64,000 nt of DNA, taken from Eledone cirrhosa. Lineage: Eukaryota. Of this stretch, positions 49,836 to 62,578 are shown in pieces. The notes beneath the pieces were generated by a model that was not told where the DNA came from, made no database searches, and saw nothing but the letters and a program-made list of their open reading frames with translations. The stretch's first letter is position 1, and each line of letters starts with the position of its first letter. The stretch is from the NCBI GenBank assembly GCA_964016885.1, contig OZ024758.1, positions 15,190,001 through 15,254,000 on the forward strand. The letters run 5' to 3'. The translations under genes and the position numbers were made by a program.

Positions 49836-50230
49836 TAATAATAATAATAATAATGAAATTATTGTGTAAAGTGCTCAGGTGCACTACAACTCATCAAAGG
49901 TGCATGTATGGTACATAGAATAATATACAAATGTCAGGGAAGTGAATAGTGTATGAGTCATGATATACATGTGTGTATGGAGGGGGAACATTAGGTGTAG
50001 TGTTGGCGAACAACTGATGCAGGTAGTTTGTTCCATGGAGGTTTTAAAGGATGCAGTGTCTCGACAGCTAACAACTGATGCAGGTAGTTTGTTCCATGCT
50101 TCAGCAACTCAACTCTGAGCATGAAAAAATGTTTCCGAAAGTCATGGGAGCTGTGCTGTTTTCTGACTTTGTGGGCATGCCCACGTGTGTTAGACACCTG
50201 GAAATCAAAAAGGTACTCAAGAGTCAGTCA
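49836..50230 (-). mobile_element. CR1-like LINE 3' end
   Basis: SNTRGHAHKVRKQHS..DFRKHFFMLRV / WNKLPASVV matches the CR1-type TRGH..K..R..FF..RV..WN.LP motif; (TTA)n tail at 49836-49853. Confidence 0.8.
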
Positions 50231-50789
50231 CATTTGGTGTAATCCTGTATATGCAATACCTACGATAAGCAGGGAAGCACAGGATCTTCATGGTTGTGAT
50301 ATCTTGGTTGACCTGTGGTTAAAAAACATCAACAAGAAATAGCAACCAACCAACCAAATTGCTCTCAAATTAGTCCCCCTTTCTCATCTTCAAAAGAGTG
50401 AGTTACATTTGATGGTTTTATCCTCTATATGCAATGCTTGAGAGAAGCACAGGATCTTCATGGCTGTAATGCCTTCGTTGACCTGTGGTTAAAGAACATT
50501 AACAACCATTCATTTTTTAATTTTTTTCCTTTATTCTTCTCAGTCATGAGACTGGTGATACTAGGGAGTTAGTTGATCATCTTGACCCCAGTACTTTTCA
50601 AACCTTGTTCTTATGTTATCAGTCCCTTTCGGTAGAACTGTTAGAGTAAACACACTCAAAGGCAGCGAATTGGCGATCATTAGAAGGTCGGATAGAATGC
50701 TTTGCAGTGGTATTTGTTTCAGCTCTCTGGCCGCTGAGTTCAAATCCTGCCGAGGTCAAGTACTGGGGTAGATTCTTTCTCTATATCTT

Positions 50790-51521
50790 TCTCTCACTTC
50801 CATTCTCTCTCTCTCTTCCATTCTCTCTATCTCTCTCTTCCATTCTCTCTCTCTCTCTCTTCCATTCTCTCTCTCTCTCTCTTCCATTCTCTCTCTCTCT
50901 CTCTCTCCCATTCTCTCTTCCATTCTCTCTCTCTCTCTCTTCCATTCTCTCTCTCTCTCTCTCTTCCATTCTCTCTCTCTCTCTCTCTTCCATTCTCTCT
51001 CTCTCTCTCTTCCATTCTCTCTCTCTCTCTCTTCCATTCTCTCTCTCTCTCTCTTCCATTCTCTCTCTCTCTCTTCCATTCTCTCTCTCTCTCTCTCTTC
51101 CATTCTCTCTCTCTCTCTCTCTTCCACTCTCTCTCTCTTCCACTCTCTCTCTCTTCCACTCTCTCTCTCTTCCACTCTCTCTCTCTCTCTCTCTTCCACT
51201 CTCTCTCTCTCTCTCTCTTCCACTCTCTCTCTCTCTCTTCCACTCTCTCTCTCTTCCACTCTCTCTCTCTCTCTCTCTTCCACTCTCTCTCTCTCTCTTC
51301 CATTCTCTCTCTCTCTCTTCCATTCTCTCTCTCTCTCTTCCATTCTCTCTCTCTCTCTTCCATTCTCTCTCTCTCTCTTCCATTCTCTCTCTCTCTCTTC
51401 CATTCTCTCTCTCTCTCTCTTCCATTCTCTCTCTCTTCCATTCTCTCTCTCTCTCTCTTCCATTCTCTCTCTCTCTCTCTTCTCTCTCTCTCTTCTCTCT
51501 CTCTCTCTCTCTCTCTTCCAT

Positions 51522-51552
<31 letters not shown>

Positions 51553-51636
51553 CTCTCTCTCTCTCTTCCATTCTCTCTCTCTCTCTCTTCCATTCTCTCT
51601 CTCTCTCTCTCTTCCATTCTCTCTCTCTCTCTCTTC

Positions 51637-51710
<74 letters not shown>

Positions 51711-51742
51711 CTCTCTCTCTCTTCCATTCTATCTCTCTCTCT

Positions 51743-51780
<38 letters not shown>

Positions 51781-51840
51781 CTCTCTCTCTCTCTTCCATT
51801 CTCTCTCTCTCTCCCCCATTCTCTTTCTCTCTCTCTCCTT
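50790..51840. repeat. (CT)n / TTCCA(T/C) polypyrimidine tract
   Basis: ~1 kb, almost purine-free on the + strand. Confidence 0.97.
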
Positions 51841-53314
51841 CTCTGGAAGAAATCTGTTCTACTCAGACCTAGAGAAAAAGTGGACTCCACCAGGTTTTAA
51901 AATGCTCCAGAAATGCCCTATGTCAATACGGTACCCTAAGGACCCCTTCAGGAGTTACAGGGACTAAAACACGCACGCACGCACGCACATGCACACACAC
52001 ACGTATTTACTCCTAGTCAATTTTATTCAATCATTTCAGTATATATTTATTTATTTTAATGACTCCATCAGTATTAAGAGCTAAAAGTACTATAGTTGTG
52101 TATATCTTAGAATAGGTACACTGTATCCCTGAATTTCATAAAAGTGGACTAAAAGGGCTGGAGCCCCTATGATGAGCATGAAAGCCATCATGGGGCCTAC
52201 ATGGTTAATCTCTCCTTAAGTGGCGAAAACAGCCTTAAAATGACTGTTGGTATTTTTGATATTCAAATTTTAAATTCTAAAATTTGTTTTTCAACTTCTT
52301 TTATTACTTTATGAATATTCTAAAATGTGTGTATATATACAATGTATGTATGTGTGTGTGTGCATGTCTGTCTGTCTGTCTGTGTGTGTCTGCCTGCCTG
52401 CCTGCCTGTCTATGTGTGTGTCTGTGTAAAAAAAAAAACTTTTGAAATACTAATTTCTATCATAATGAAAATTGTTTAAGAAAAATTTTAATTGAAAAAT
52501 AAAGAAAATATTGACTTATAATATATTCACAAAATGAAATGGTCGTTTCAGTACTTTTTGTTTTCATTCCGAACCTATTATTTTTGTGAAAGCAAGAACT
52601 TTTGCTTTTCATAAAATTTTTCTTTCTATTAAAGAATATTTTAACCTTGAGCATAATATATTTCTATTATTTTGTTGTTGTTGTTTCAAGAATTAAACAA
52701 AAGTCATGAAAATACTTCTGAAGTTAACAAAGAAAGACAAAAAGAATCAATGGAAGAATTTGATCATTTGTATTCAATGCAGAAACATCTTTTTCTTGAA
52801 TTGCTTTGTGGTTCAATTCTCAAAAGAGAAAGTCTTACATGAAAGATATATATATATATATATATATAGATAGAGAGAGAGAGGCACATGGCCTAGTGGT
52901 TAAAGCATTGGGCTTGCAATCGAAAGGTTGCGAGTTCAATTCTCAGACCGGGTGATGTGTTGTTTCCTTGAGCAAGATACTTTATTTCACATTGCTCCAG
53001 TTTACTCAGCTGTAGAAATAAGATGATAGGGACTGGGGTCCCTATCATTCCACTGCAAAGTGATTGTGGAGGTGCCACGGCAAAAAAGCACCCAGCCCAC
53101 ACTGTAAAGTGGACGTGTAGGTGCCATGGAAAAAAAGCACCCAGCACTCACTGTAAAGTGGACGTGTAGGTGCCATGGAAAAAAAGCACCCAGCACTCAC
53201 TGTAAATGAGGTTGGTGTTAGGAAGGGCATCCAGCTGTAGAAATCAAGCCAGAATCAGTTTCCGTCCCACCCTTGCAAGCAGGGAAAAGCAGACATAAAA
53301 TGAAGATGATGATG

Positions 53315-53347
<33 letters not shown>

Positions 53348-54670
53348 CACACACCTACCATTAATGGCTAACTAGGTGTAGGTATGGCTGTGTAAAGGAA
53401 TTGATTGTTTAGTTTCAATGTGTGGCACCTTGGGTAAGTTTCTTCTATTACAGCCTTAGGTTGACCAATGCCTTCTGATTAAAATTTGATAGATGTAAAC
53501 CAGTCATGGGCAACATGCAGTCTGCAAAGTTTTCTGAATGGCTCGCCTAAGTCACCTAAGTGAAATCTTTCTGATTTTTTTACCCCAAATTTTCAGTCGT
53601 AATTTATCTTTACGATCATGTTTACGATCGAGTAAAACAACGTGTACAAATTCTGAAGAAACAAATCAAAACAACCTGAGTTACCGCTCATTTTTTTAAT
53701 GTGGGTACGAATGTAAATTAGCACTTGTGGCCGGCCTGTTAATGAGCCATGTCATGGCACCTAAACACCGATCTAACAGAGTGAGCTGCGCTAGTTTGAT
53801 TTAGTTTCAATGTATGACACCTTGGGCAAGTTTCTTCTACTATAGCATTAGGTTGACCAATGACTTCTCTTTAAAATTTGATAAATGTAAACTATGAAAC
53901 CCTTTCATTCATTACCCTCATCATCATCATCATTTGATGTCTATTTTTCCACTCTTGCATAGGTTAGATGGGTTGTCTTGTTATGACATAAGTTGGGTCC
54001 GGTGACCATGTCTTGCTCATACAGATTTGTAATTTTGCTTGGTTTCTGTGGCTTGATGGCCTTCTTAACCCTAACTGCATAGACTGAGTGCTTTTCATCG
54101 TGGCACCTAAACGCCAATCTAACAGTGAACTGGGCTAGTTTGATTTAGTTTCAATGTATGGCACCTTAGGCAAGTTTCTTCTACTATAGCCTTAAGTTGA
54201 CCAATACCTTCAGATGGGGTGTTGGTCCAAACACAGAGGAGCCAAACTCCTACTGTCATTTCCCCCATCTCTCACTGTTGTGAGCAAATAAGGTCCCATG
54301 TGCTGGCAGACAGAATGGAGAAGGCTTTATATATTGTTCAGTTATTAACTGTTAGGAAAGTGTTGGACATTTCATTCTGAATCACATGTATTTCCTTTGT
54401 CATTTTAATGGATATTCCAAAAATTCTATATCAACTTGGTACTACTACTGTTGTGGTTGTTGCTGATGTTGTTGTTGTTTATTTTTATGACTATATTTCC
54501 GAGATAATGAAAGAAATATATTATTGTTGTATCCTCTGTAATATAATCGATAGCTATATAATCTTGTGTGTGTGTATGTATGTATATACATGTCTGTGTA
54601 TATGTGTGTGTATATATATATATATATATCTCTGTGTGTGTGTCAGTGGCTGTGTTAGTGTGTGTGTGAG

Positions 54671-54701
<31 letters not shown>

Positions 54702-54870
54702 CAGTGGCTGTGTTAGTGTGTGTGTGTGTGTATAATCTGTGAGTATATGTGTGTGTGTGTGTGTTTAGAGAAGACATGACAACCTGATTAAGATGAAAGC
54801 ATGTTATCATTAATTACGAACCTAACACTACCACATGTGTATATACAGTTAAACAATGTATATGTATGTA

Positions 54871-54974
54871 CAGGGTGTGTGTGTGTGTGTGTCCCAAACA
54901 ACAACAAAAAAATGTATACACATACTTATTAGAATGCTGTTGAAGTATGTATATATTTTTTGGGGGACACCCTG
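54871..54974. mobile_element. Tc1/mariner-type MITE with a (GT)n expansion inside the left TIR
   Basis: TA|CAGGGTGT(GT)nCCC ... GGGACACCCTG|TA. Confidence 0.7.
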
Positions 54975-55561
54975 TATTGTTGAGAGAGATTGAGGGAGAT
55001 GCTGTGCTGAAAAGGACTTGTTCAGTCCATGCAACCATGGTAAAACAGACATAAAATCAATGATGATGATGAGAGAGATGTATATGAAAATTTATATGAA
55101 CATATATAATACATTTATATACAATAAACACATGAGTGGGGGGTAACTCGCTGTCAAAGAAAAATATTTTTTTTTGTAATGAAAAAATTTTTTTTCTCTA
55201 TTCTCCTCTGAATATATCACAAAGTTGCCGGTATGTTCTGAGAATGTCATACACCAGCACTGGTACAAGTTGCCGGTATGTTCTGAAAATAAATATCAAA
55301 ATCTCATAGATTCGATATTATGTGAGATAATTATGTGGGATAAAGCCTTTACAGAAGATCCCGTCAAGGGTGAAAGCAGCGATTCTTTGCTTAAACTTTA
55401 ATCAGTTATTTTAATAAATATATATATAAATGTAATCTGAGTTTTTTGAATATTAATAACATTCGATTCATTTGCAATTATGCAAACAAGCCTCAATTTT
55501 ATAGCCATGTCAGTAGAATGAACCCTTCATTCTTGCTCTTGTGCTGGCATGTTTCCTTTTT

Positions 55562-55605
<44 letters not shown>

Positions 55606-56209
55606 CCATGATCTTTCAAATCGTTTTGCAAAATAATCAAGAATTTTTAGAGATTTAGTACAAACAAGTATCTCTTCTTATTAACCCTTTAGCATTTAAA
55701 CCGGCCATATCCGCCCAGAATTCTCTCACCCCTTTCTGTTCAAGCCAGCTGTATCCGGCTGCTCATACTGATGTTACGGTATTGTTCTCAAAATAAATAT
55801 CAAAATCTCATAGATTCGATATTACGTGAGGTAAAGCCTTTACCATGAAAATACAATAGTAAATACAGAGTAATATAAATTCTAAAGGGTTAAAAGTAAT
55901 GGAAGTAAATGTATTTCTCAGTAATGTTACTCGATAGAAGTTTTGTTTCTCATGTTTGCACAGCAAAACTTTATACCACATAGTAAAGAAGCAGTATGTT
56001 AATAAACAAAATACTCTGGTGTACACTGGAGTATTACATTCATCTAATATATTTTATGTTCATGGAATAAGAACTATAAATGACTCCTGGAGTATTACAT
56101 TCATCTAATTTTTATTTGCAGTGGAATCTTTGGATAGCAATCAATCATTTAGTGTGTCTATACTAGTTAAGAGAGAAACTTGAAGTTAGATTGACATCGT
56201 TTAAACTAC

Positions 56210-56530
56210 TGGCACTCCATCGGTTACGATGACGAATGTTCCAGTGGATCTGTGATCAACGGAACAGCCTGCTCATGATATTAACGTGCAAGTGACTGAG
56301 CATTCCACAGACACGCGTACCCTTAATGTAGTTTAGAGATTCTGCGTGACACACAATGTGATGAGGCTGACCCTTCGAATTACAAGTACAATTCAGTTTT
56401 ACCAGCTGAGTGGACTGGACCAACATGAAATAAAGTGTCTTGCTCAAGGACACAATGCGGCCCTGGGAATCGAACCCACTAATTTACGATTATGAACGGA
56501 ATACCCTAACCACAAAGTCACGCGCCTTCA
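56210..56530 (-). mobile_element. Older SINE with the same CORE-like centre but a different 3' body
   Basis: Minus strand GTGGTTAGGGTATTC..GGTTCGATTCCC..GTCCTTGAGCAAGACACTTTATTTCA..CAGTCCACTCAGCTG; related variants at ~106-260, 38170-38372, 56800-57022, 57925-58130. Confidence 0.75.
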
Positions 56531-59479
56531 CTTTAATTAGAGGGCAAACTAAAGCAGCAAAATCTGTAAAGAATTTACTGGTTTAACCCTTTAGTATTTA
56601 AACCGGCCAGATATGGCCAAAATTCTCTCACCTCTCTCTGTTCAAACCAGCCATAACTGCCCATTCACACTGTTATATGGTCATAATATAAATATATTCC
56701 TCTACCTTTTTTCATGGAACCCCAGACCCTCCTTTGAGGAACCCACTTTGGGAGCCACTTCTTAAATGGCTAGAATATATGCAGCTCACTACACCTGCAT
56801 AAACATCTGCACCACCGATGATGTCCATGGGAAAGGCAATGGCCGATACAGCTAGGCACCAGTGACGCCACAACTCATTTCTACAGTTGAGTAAACTGGA
56901 GTGGAGCAACCTGAAATAAAGTGTCTTGTTCAAGGGCAAAATGCGTCACCCACTCCGGAAATCAAACTCACAACCTCTCAGTAGCAAGCTCAGCACTCTC
57001 TCCACTAAACCATACACCTTCACATGCCAATTCAATCCACCGCCCTTATTCTTATACAATCATAAAAGTATTCAAAAAATGTAATTAATTTGTTTTTCAA
57101 TTTCATTAACATGATGAAAAACATTATCTCTGCAAAATTTCTATAAAAGATATGCTTTATTAAGACAGTTATGAGGAAACAAAGTCGAGGTAGGAGGAAA
57201 CTAAATTGTAGTTCTGCCTAATTTCTTTTCTAGAATCAGGAAGACTTTGGAAATTTTATGTTTATTCATAAATTTCAAAATATCTTTTTCTCCTCCCAAA
57301 GTCAATGACCAACCGAATCTGTGAAATTAAAGGCCATTTATCTGTCGTGTATTTGAAAAGTTCACAATTATTTAAATTGGTTCACTAACTTGTACTCTGT
57401 GTTTCTCTCTCTAGCAGTCAACACAAATCACAATAATGTTCCTTTTTTTTTTTTTTTTACTTTTTCCTGCTGAAAAGTTGTTTCTTTATTTTAACTCTCA
57501 GAACAAAATAGAATGAACCTTCATCAGTTCCAAAGTTGAATGTTCTTATTGTTTGATCAAAAGTACAGCCTGCCTATGAACTTAGTGTGTAAGTGACTGA
57601 CATTTCACAGATATACCTACCCTTAACCCTTTAGCATTTAAACCGGCCACATCTGGCCAGAGTTCTCTCACCTCTTTCTGTTCAAACTGGCTGTAACTGG
57701 CTGCTTATACTGACATTAAGGTAATGTTCTCAAAATAGATATCAAAATCACATAGATTTGATATTATATGAAATAAAGCCTTTACAATAGTAAATATAGA
57801 GTAATGTAAATGCTAAAGGGTTGACATAATTCTGAAGTTGGTTCAAAGCTACAATCATTAACCCTTTAGCATTTACATTACTCTATATATATATATATAT
57901 ATATTTTTTTTTTTATGTCGATCAACTTTCGTCAAATCGGACCGAGGAAACAATGTTTCCGTTGGTCTTTCCAATTGCTAATACTATCTATCGGTCGCAA
58001 CTCCAGGTAGAAGGAGCAACGTGAAATAAAGTGTCTGTCTCAAGGACATAACACATCGCCCGGCCCGGGAATCAAACCCACAACCTCACGATTGTGAATC
58101 CAATTCTCTAACTACTCAGCCACACGCCTTAACTCTATATATTTACTATCATATTTTAGTGGTAAAGGCCTTATCTCGCATAATATTGAATCTATGAGAT
58201 TTTATTTACTTTGAGAATAATACCTTAACACCAGTATAAGTGGCCAGTTTGAACAGAGATGAGAGAATTCTGGCTGGATATGGCTGGTTTAAATGCTAAA
58301 GGGTTAGTTTTCAATGTATAATTTATCAACTTTACAGTGTGTGTGTGTTTAAGTTTTAACCTTTTTGATACTACACTGCCTGAAACCCCCAGTGGTTCTA
58401 TGATATAAAGGTGTTTGTTTTAATGTATTTATATTTATCTAAAATCCTTCTCACATGTCAAACACCAAATCAATAATGGTTTCTGATTTATGCGCATGGT
58501 CAACAATTTTGGGGGGAGTGGAAAGTCAATTAAATCAACCCCAGTGCATTACTGGTACTTTATTTATCGACTCCGTAAAAATGAAAGGCAAAGCTAACCT
58601 CGGCGAGATTTGAACTCAGAACGTAAAGGGTCGTAACTGTGTGCCACAAGCCAGATTGTTCGACACTCTACCGATTCTGCTAAACAAAAAATTAATAATG
58701 AAAACTTTAGTTATATTCCTAAATTCTTTCAGATTTTTTTTATTATTTTCAAAATTATTTGAAAATAAATAGGCAGTGTCTTATGTGTTTTAGCATGAAA
58801 AATAGACATTAGACGATGATGATGATGAGTGTCTTTCATGAGAAATATAGCAACGAAAGGGGTTAAATGTATAGACTAGTATAAAGCAGAGACAATTGCT
58901 ATGATAGGGATATATAATGTAAATGGTGGATGGTGGATAGATGTGGTGTATTGGATTAAAAGGTGTTCTGATTGGAGGAAATGCCTTGGGTCAATGTGAG
59001 CAGAACAAAGGATGATGTTAGATGACCTCAAAGAATAAAAATAAGATGCTGTATTGAGATGATAGGTGATTCACCATACCGCAGGCTCATCTAACCCATT
59101 CCAGCATGGAAAGTAGACATTAATATAATGTAGATATGATGATATAGCTTGCAAACAAATAACTTTATACGAGTCAAAAGAAATATGCTTACCAAAATAG
59201 ACTAGAAATATTTCTTCATGCTGTTTCACGTAGTTTTCCTTGATATTCTTCTAACTACAATAGATTTGTTTTCTTATAAGCATATAAGAAACCATTATAG
59301 CTATTGTATGTGGTGCCACTGTTCTTATATTTGTCTCTATTGGCCTTAGAAATGTATCAAAATCTAATGAAAATATTATTGGAATATTGGTCATAGAGCA
59401 AGCATGGCTGAGGAGTTAGTTTTGCAATAAAATCCTGGGTTAGTGAAGGTTGAGGGTCTAATGCAGTCATAGACAAACT

Positions 59480-59782
59480 GTGGCCCATGGAGGGTCATGG
59501 AGACAGTCCTCAAACACTCCTTCCAGCAGGTCCTGTCAGAAGCAACTGTCTCTACCTGATCCGACTGGATCCCCAAGCGAGACTAGCCAAGCTCATGGAT
59601 GTTATCCAGCTATCTTGCTTGGGGGTCTACCCCTGAGTCTTCTGCCGGTTGGTTTTGACTGTAAAATCTGTCCAGTGATTCTTTCCTAAGACATTCTAAC
59701 CACATACCCATAGTATTGGAGGTGTGATCTGTCAATTCAGAGTAGTGGCTTTGCCAAGAGTGCCTTTCTGATCTCTGAGCTA
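59480..59782 (-). mobile_element. RTE-like LINE remnant (same family as 22290-22740)
   Basis: IDRSHLQYYGYVVRMS*ERITGQILQSKPTGRRLRGRP / GIQSDQVETVASDRTCWKE. Confidence 0.8.
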
Positions 59783-60409
59783 TTTAAAATTACATCTTCC
59801 ATCATATTTTTATGCAAGAGAATTTTGTTGTTTCAAACACCAGCTTGTTGTTAAATCATTTTTAAAAAAGTTATTATATTACTAAATCTCTACAAATTTT
59901 TGGTTATTTTGGAAATCAGTAGTAGTGGTGCATTTCATTGATAATATGGTAACAAAATCTTTTTTTTTAATCTTAAATAAACACTTTTCAGACTGGTTTT
60001 TAAAATATTTTGAAAATGTTGACACTACATCAGCACGTTTGCAAATGTTATTTTGCTTTGAGTGCTTTTAACTCAAATACAGATTCCAGAAAGTAGGTTG
60101 TGGTCATGCTGGGGCAATACCATTATCAAGATTATTTTTTTAACTTTGAGTTAATGATAAACTAATTTTTTTTTTTTATATTTCATCCTAAGCTACTTAG
60201 ACTAGAATGAAAAATAAATGAATTTAAAAAAAGAATTGCAGAAATTGAAAAAACCAAAATATTATCTGTTCAGTTATATTTTATAGTTTTAAGGAAGACT
60301 GGCCATGATTGGATGGTGGATTAGCTTACAGCATCATAGGGGGACATAACTCAGTTTGATTTACTTACAATATAGTACTTCTCTTTTACTTTGATTTCTT
60401 TAACTTACC

Positions 60410-61790
60410 TCTTTCTCTCTCTCTCTAACCGTTTATCTGTCTCTCTAACCATCGCTCTCTCTCTAACCACCTCTCTGTCTCTCTAACCACCTCTCTGTCT
60501 CTCTAACCACCTCTCTGTCTCTCTAACCACCTCTGTCTCTTTAACCACCTCTGTCTCTTTAACCACCTCTCTCTCTAACCACCTCTCTCTCTAACCACCT
60601 CTCTCTCTAACCACCTCTGTCTCTCTAACCACCTGTCTCTCTAACCACCTCTCTGTCTCTCTAACCACCTCTCTGTCTCTCTAACCACCTCTGTCTCTCT
60701 AACCACCTCTGTCTCTCTAACCACCTCTGTCTCTTTAACCACATCTCTGTCTCTTTAACCACATCTCTGTCTCTTTAACCACATCTCTGTCTCTTTAACC
60801 ACATCTCTGTCTCTTTAACCACATCTCTGTCTCTTTAACCACCTCTGTCTCTCTAACCACCTCTGTCTCTCTAACCACCGCTCTGTCTCTCTAACCATCT
60901 GTCTCTTTAACCACCTCTGTCTCTCTAACCACCTCTGTCTCTCTAACCACCTCTGTCTCTCTAACCACCTCTGTCTCTCTAACCACCTCTGTCTCTCTAA
61001 CCACCTCTGTCTCTCTAACCACCTCTGTCTCTCTAACCACCTCTGTCTCTCTAACCACCTCTGTCTCTCTAACCACCTCTGTCTCTCTAACCACCTCTGT
61101 CTCTCTAACCACCTCTGTCTCTCTAACCACCTCTGTCTCTCTAACCACCTCTGTCTCTCTAACCACCTCTGTCTCTCTAACCACCTCTGTCTCTCTAACC
61201 ACCTCTGTCTCTCTAACCACCTCTGTCTCTCTAACCACCTCTGTCTCTCTAACCACCTCTGTCTCTCTAACCACCTCTGTCTCTCTAACCACCTCTGTCT
61301 CTCTAACCACCTCTGTCTCTCTAACCACCTCTCTGTCTCTCTAACCACCTCTCTGTCTCTCTAACCACCTCTCTGTCTCTCTAACCACCTCTGTCTCTCT
61401 AACCACCTCTGTCTCTCTAACCACCTCTCTGTCTCTCTAACCACCTCTCTGTCTCTCTAACCACCTCTCTGTCTCTCTAACCACCTCTGTCTCTCTAACC
61501 ACCTCTGTCTCTCTAACCACCTCTCTCTCTCTAACCACCTCTGTCTCTTTAACCACCTCTGTCTCTTTAACCACCTCTGTCTCTCTAACCACCTCTGTCT
61601 CTCTAACCACCTCTGTCTCTCTAACCACCTCTGTCTCTCTAACCACCTCTGTCTCTCTAACCACCTCTGTCTCTCTAACCACCTCTGTCTCTCTAACCAC
61701 CTCTGTCTCTCTAACCACCTCTGTCTCTCTAACCACCTCTGTCTCTCTAACCACCTCTGTCTCTCTAACCACCTCTGTCTCTCTAACCAT
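60410..61790. repeat. 18-20-bp minisatellite
   Basis: (CTCTCTAACCACCTCTGT)n, about 70 copies. Confidence 0.97.
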
Positions 61791-61846
61791 CTATCTACCT
61801 ACCTAAGTAAATAATAAAACATCATTTTAAGATAATTTGGTTGTTA

Positions 61847-61888
<42 letters not shown>

Positions 61889-62085
61889 TACATACATACA
61901 CATATATATACATAATCAGCATTTTCGTTTCACTTTAAGTTTTGACACAACTGCAGTGACTACAAAATATACTCTACTTCTGTTTTGCTTGCAACAGACA
62001 GTGGAAGTACATTCACCTATAAAAATAATTGCTTTAATAATATATATATAAAATATATATATATAAGTAATAGGCCATCCAAACT

Positions 62086-62578
62086 GAGGAAGGAATGGAT
62101 GTTAAACTAACAAATGAAAAAGTTATATTTTTGGTTTAAAAAAAAAAGATGTATTTTACTCTATTCTGTGTTTCGGCAGACATGATGGGGCCATGCTGGG
62201 GCACTGCCATTATTTAAAACTTTCCAATCTAATTTTATGGAGGAATGGATATTAAACTAACAAATGAAAAAGTGATATTTTTGTTTTAAAAAAATATATA
62301 CAATTTACTCTATTACTCAGCTGACAGGCTAAGACCATGCTGAGGCACCGCCACCATTATCTAAAAACTTACCAATGTAATTTTATGGAGGAAAAGATGT
62401 TAAACTAACAAATGAAAAAGTGATATTTTTGTTTTAAAAAAATATATACAATTTACTCTATTACTCAGCTGACAGGCTAAGACCATGCTGAGGCACCGCC
62501 ACCATTATCTAAAAACTTACCAATGTAATTTTATGGAGGAAAAGATGTTAAACTAACAAATGAAAAAGTGATATTTTG
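62086..62578. repeat. ~148-bp tandem repeat, ~3.3 copies
   Basis: TTAAACTAACAAATGAAAAAGT at ~62102, 62252, 62400 and 62548; a partial unit also at 63260-63322. Confidence 0.9.

Noticed and set aside
50707-51900. Long Ser/Leu and Glu/Arg ORFs
   Set aside because: Translations of a (CT)n tract
60410-61790. Interstitial telomere-like array (CTAACC)
   Set aside because: The unit is an 18-mer with a single TAACC and no (TTAGGG)n run; the WLERQR and VVRETE ORFs are artefacts
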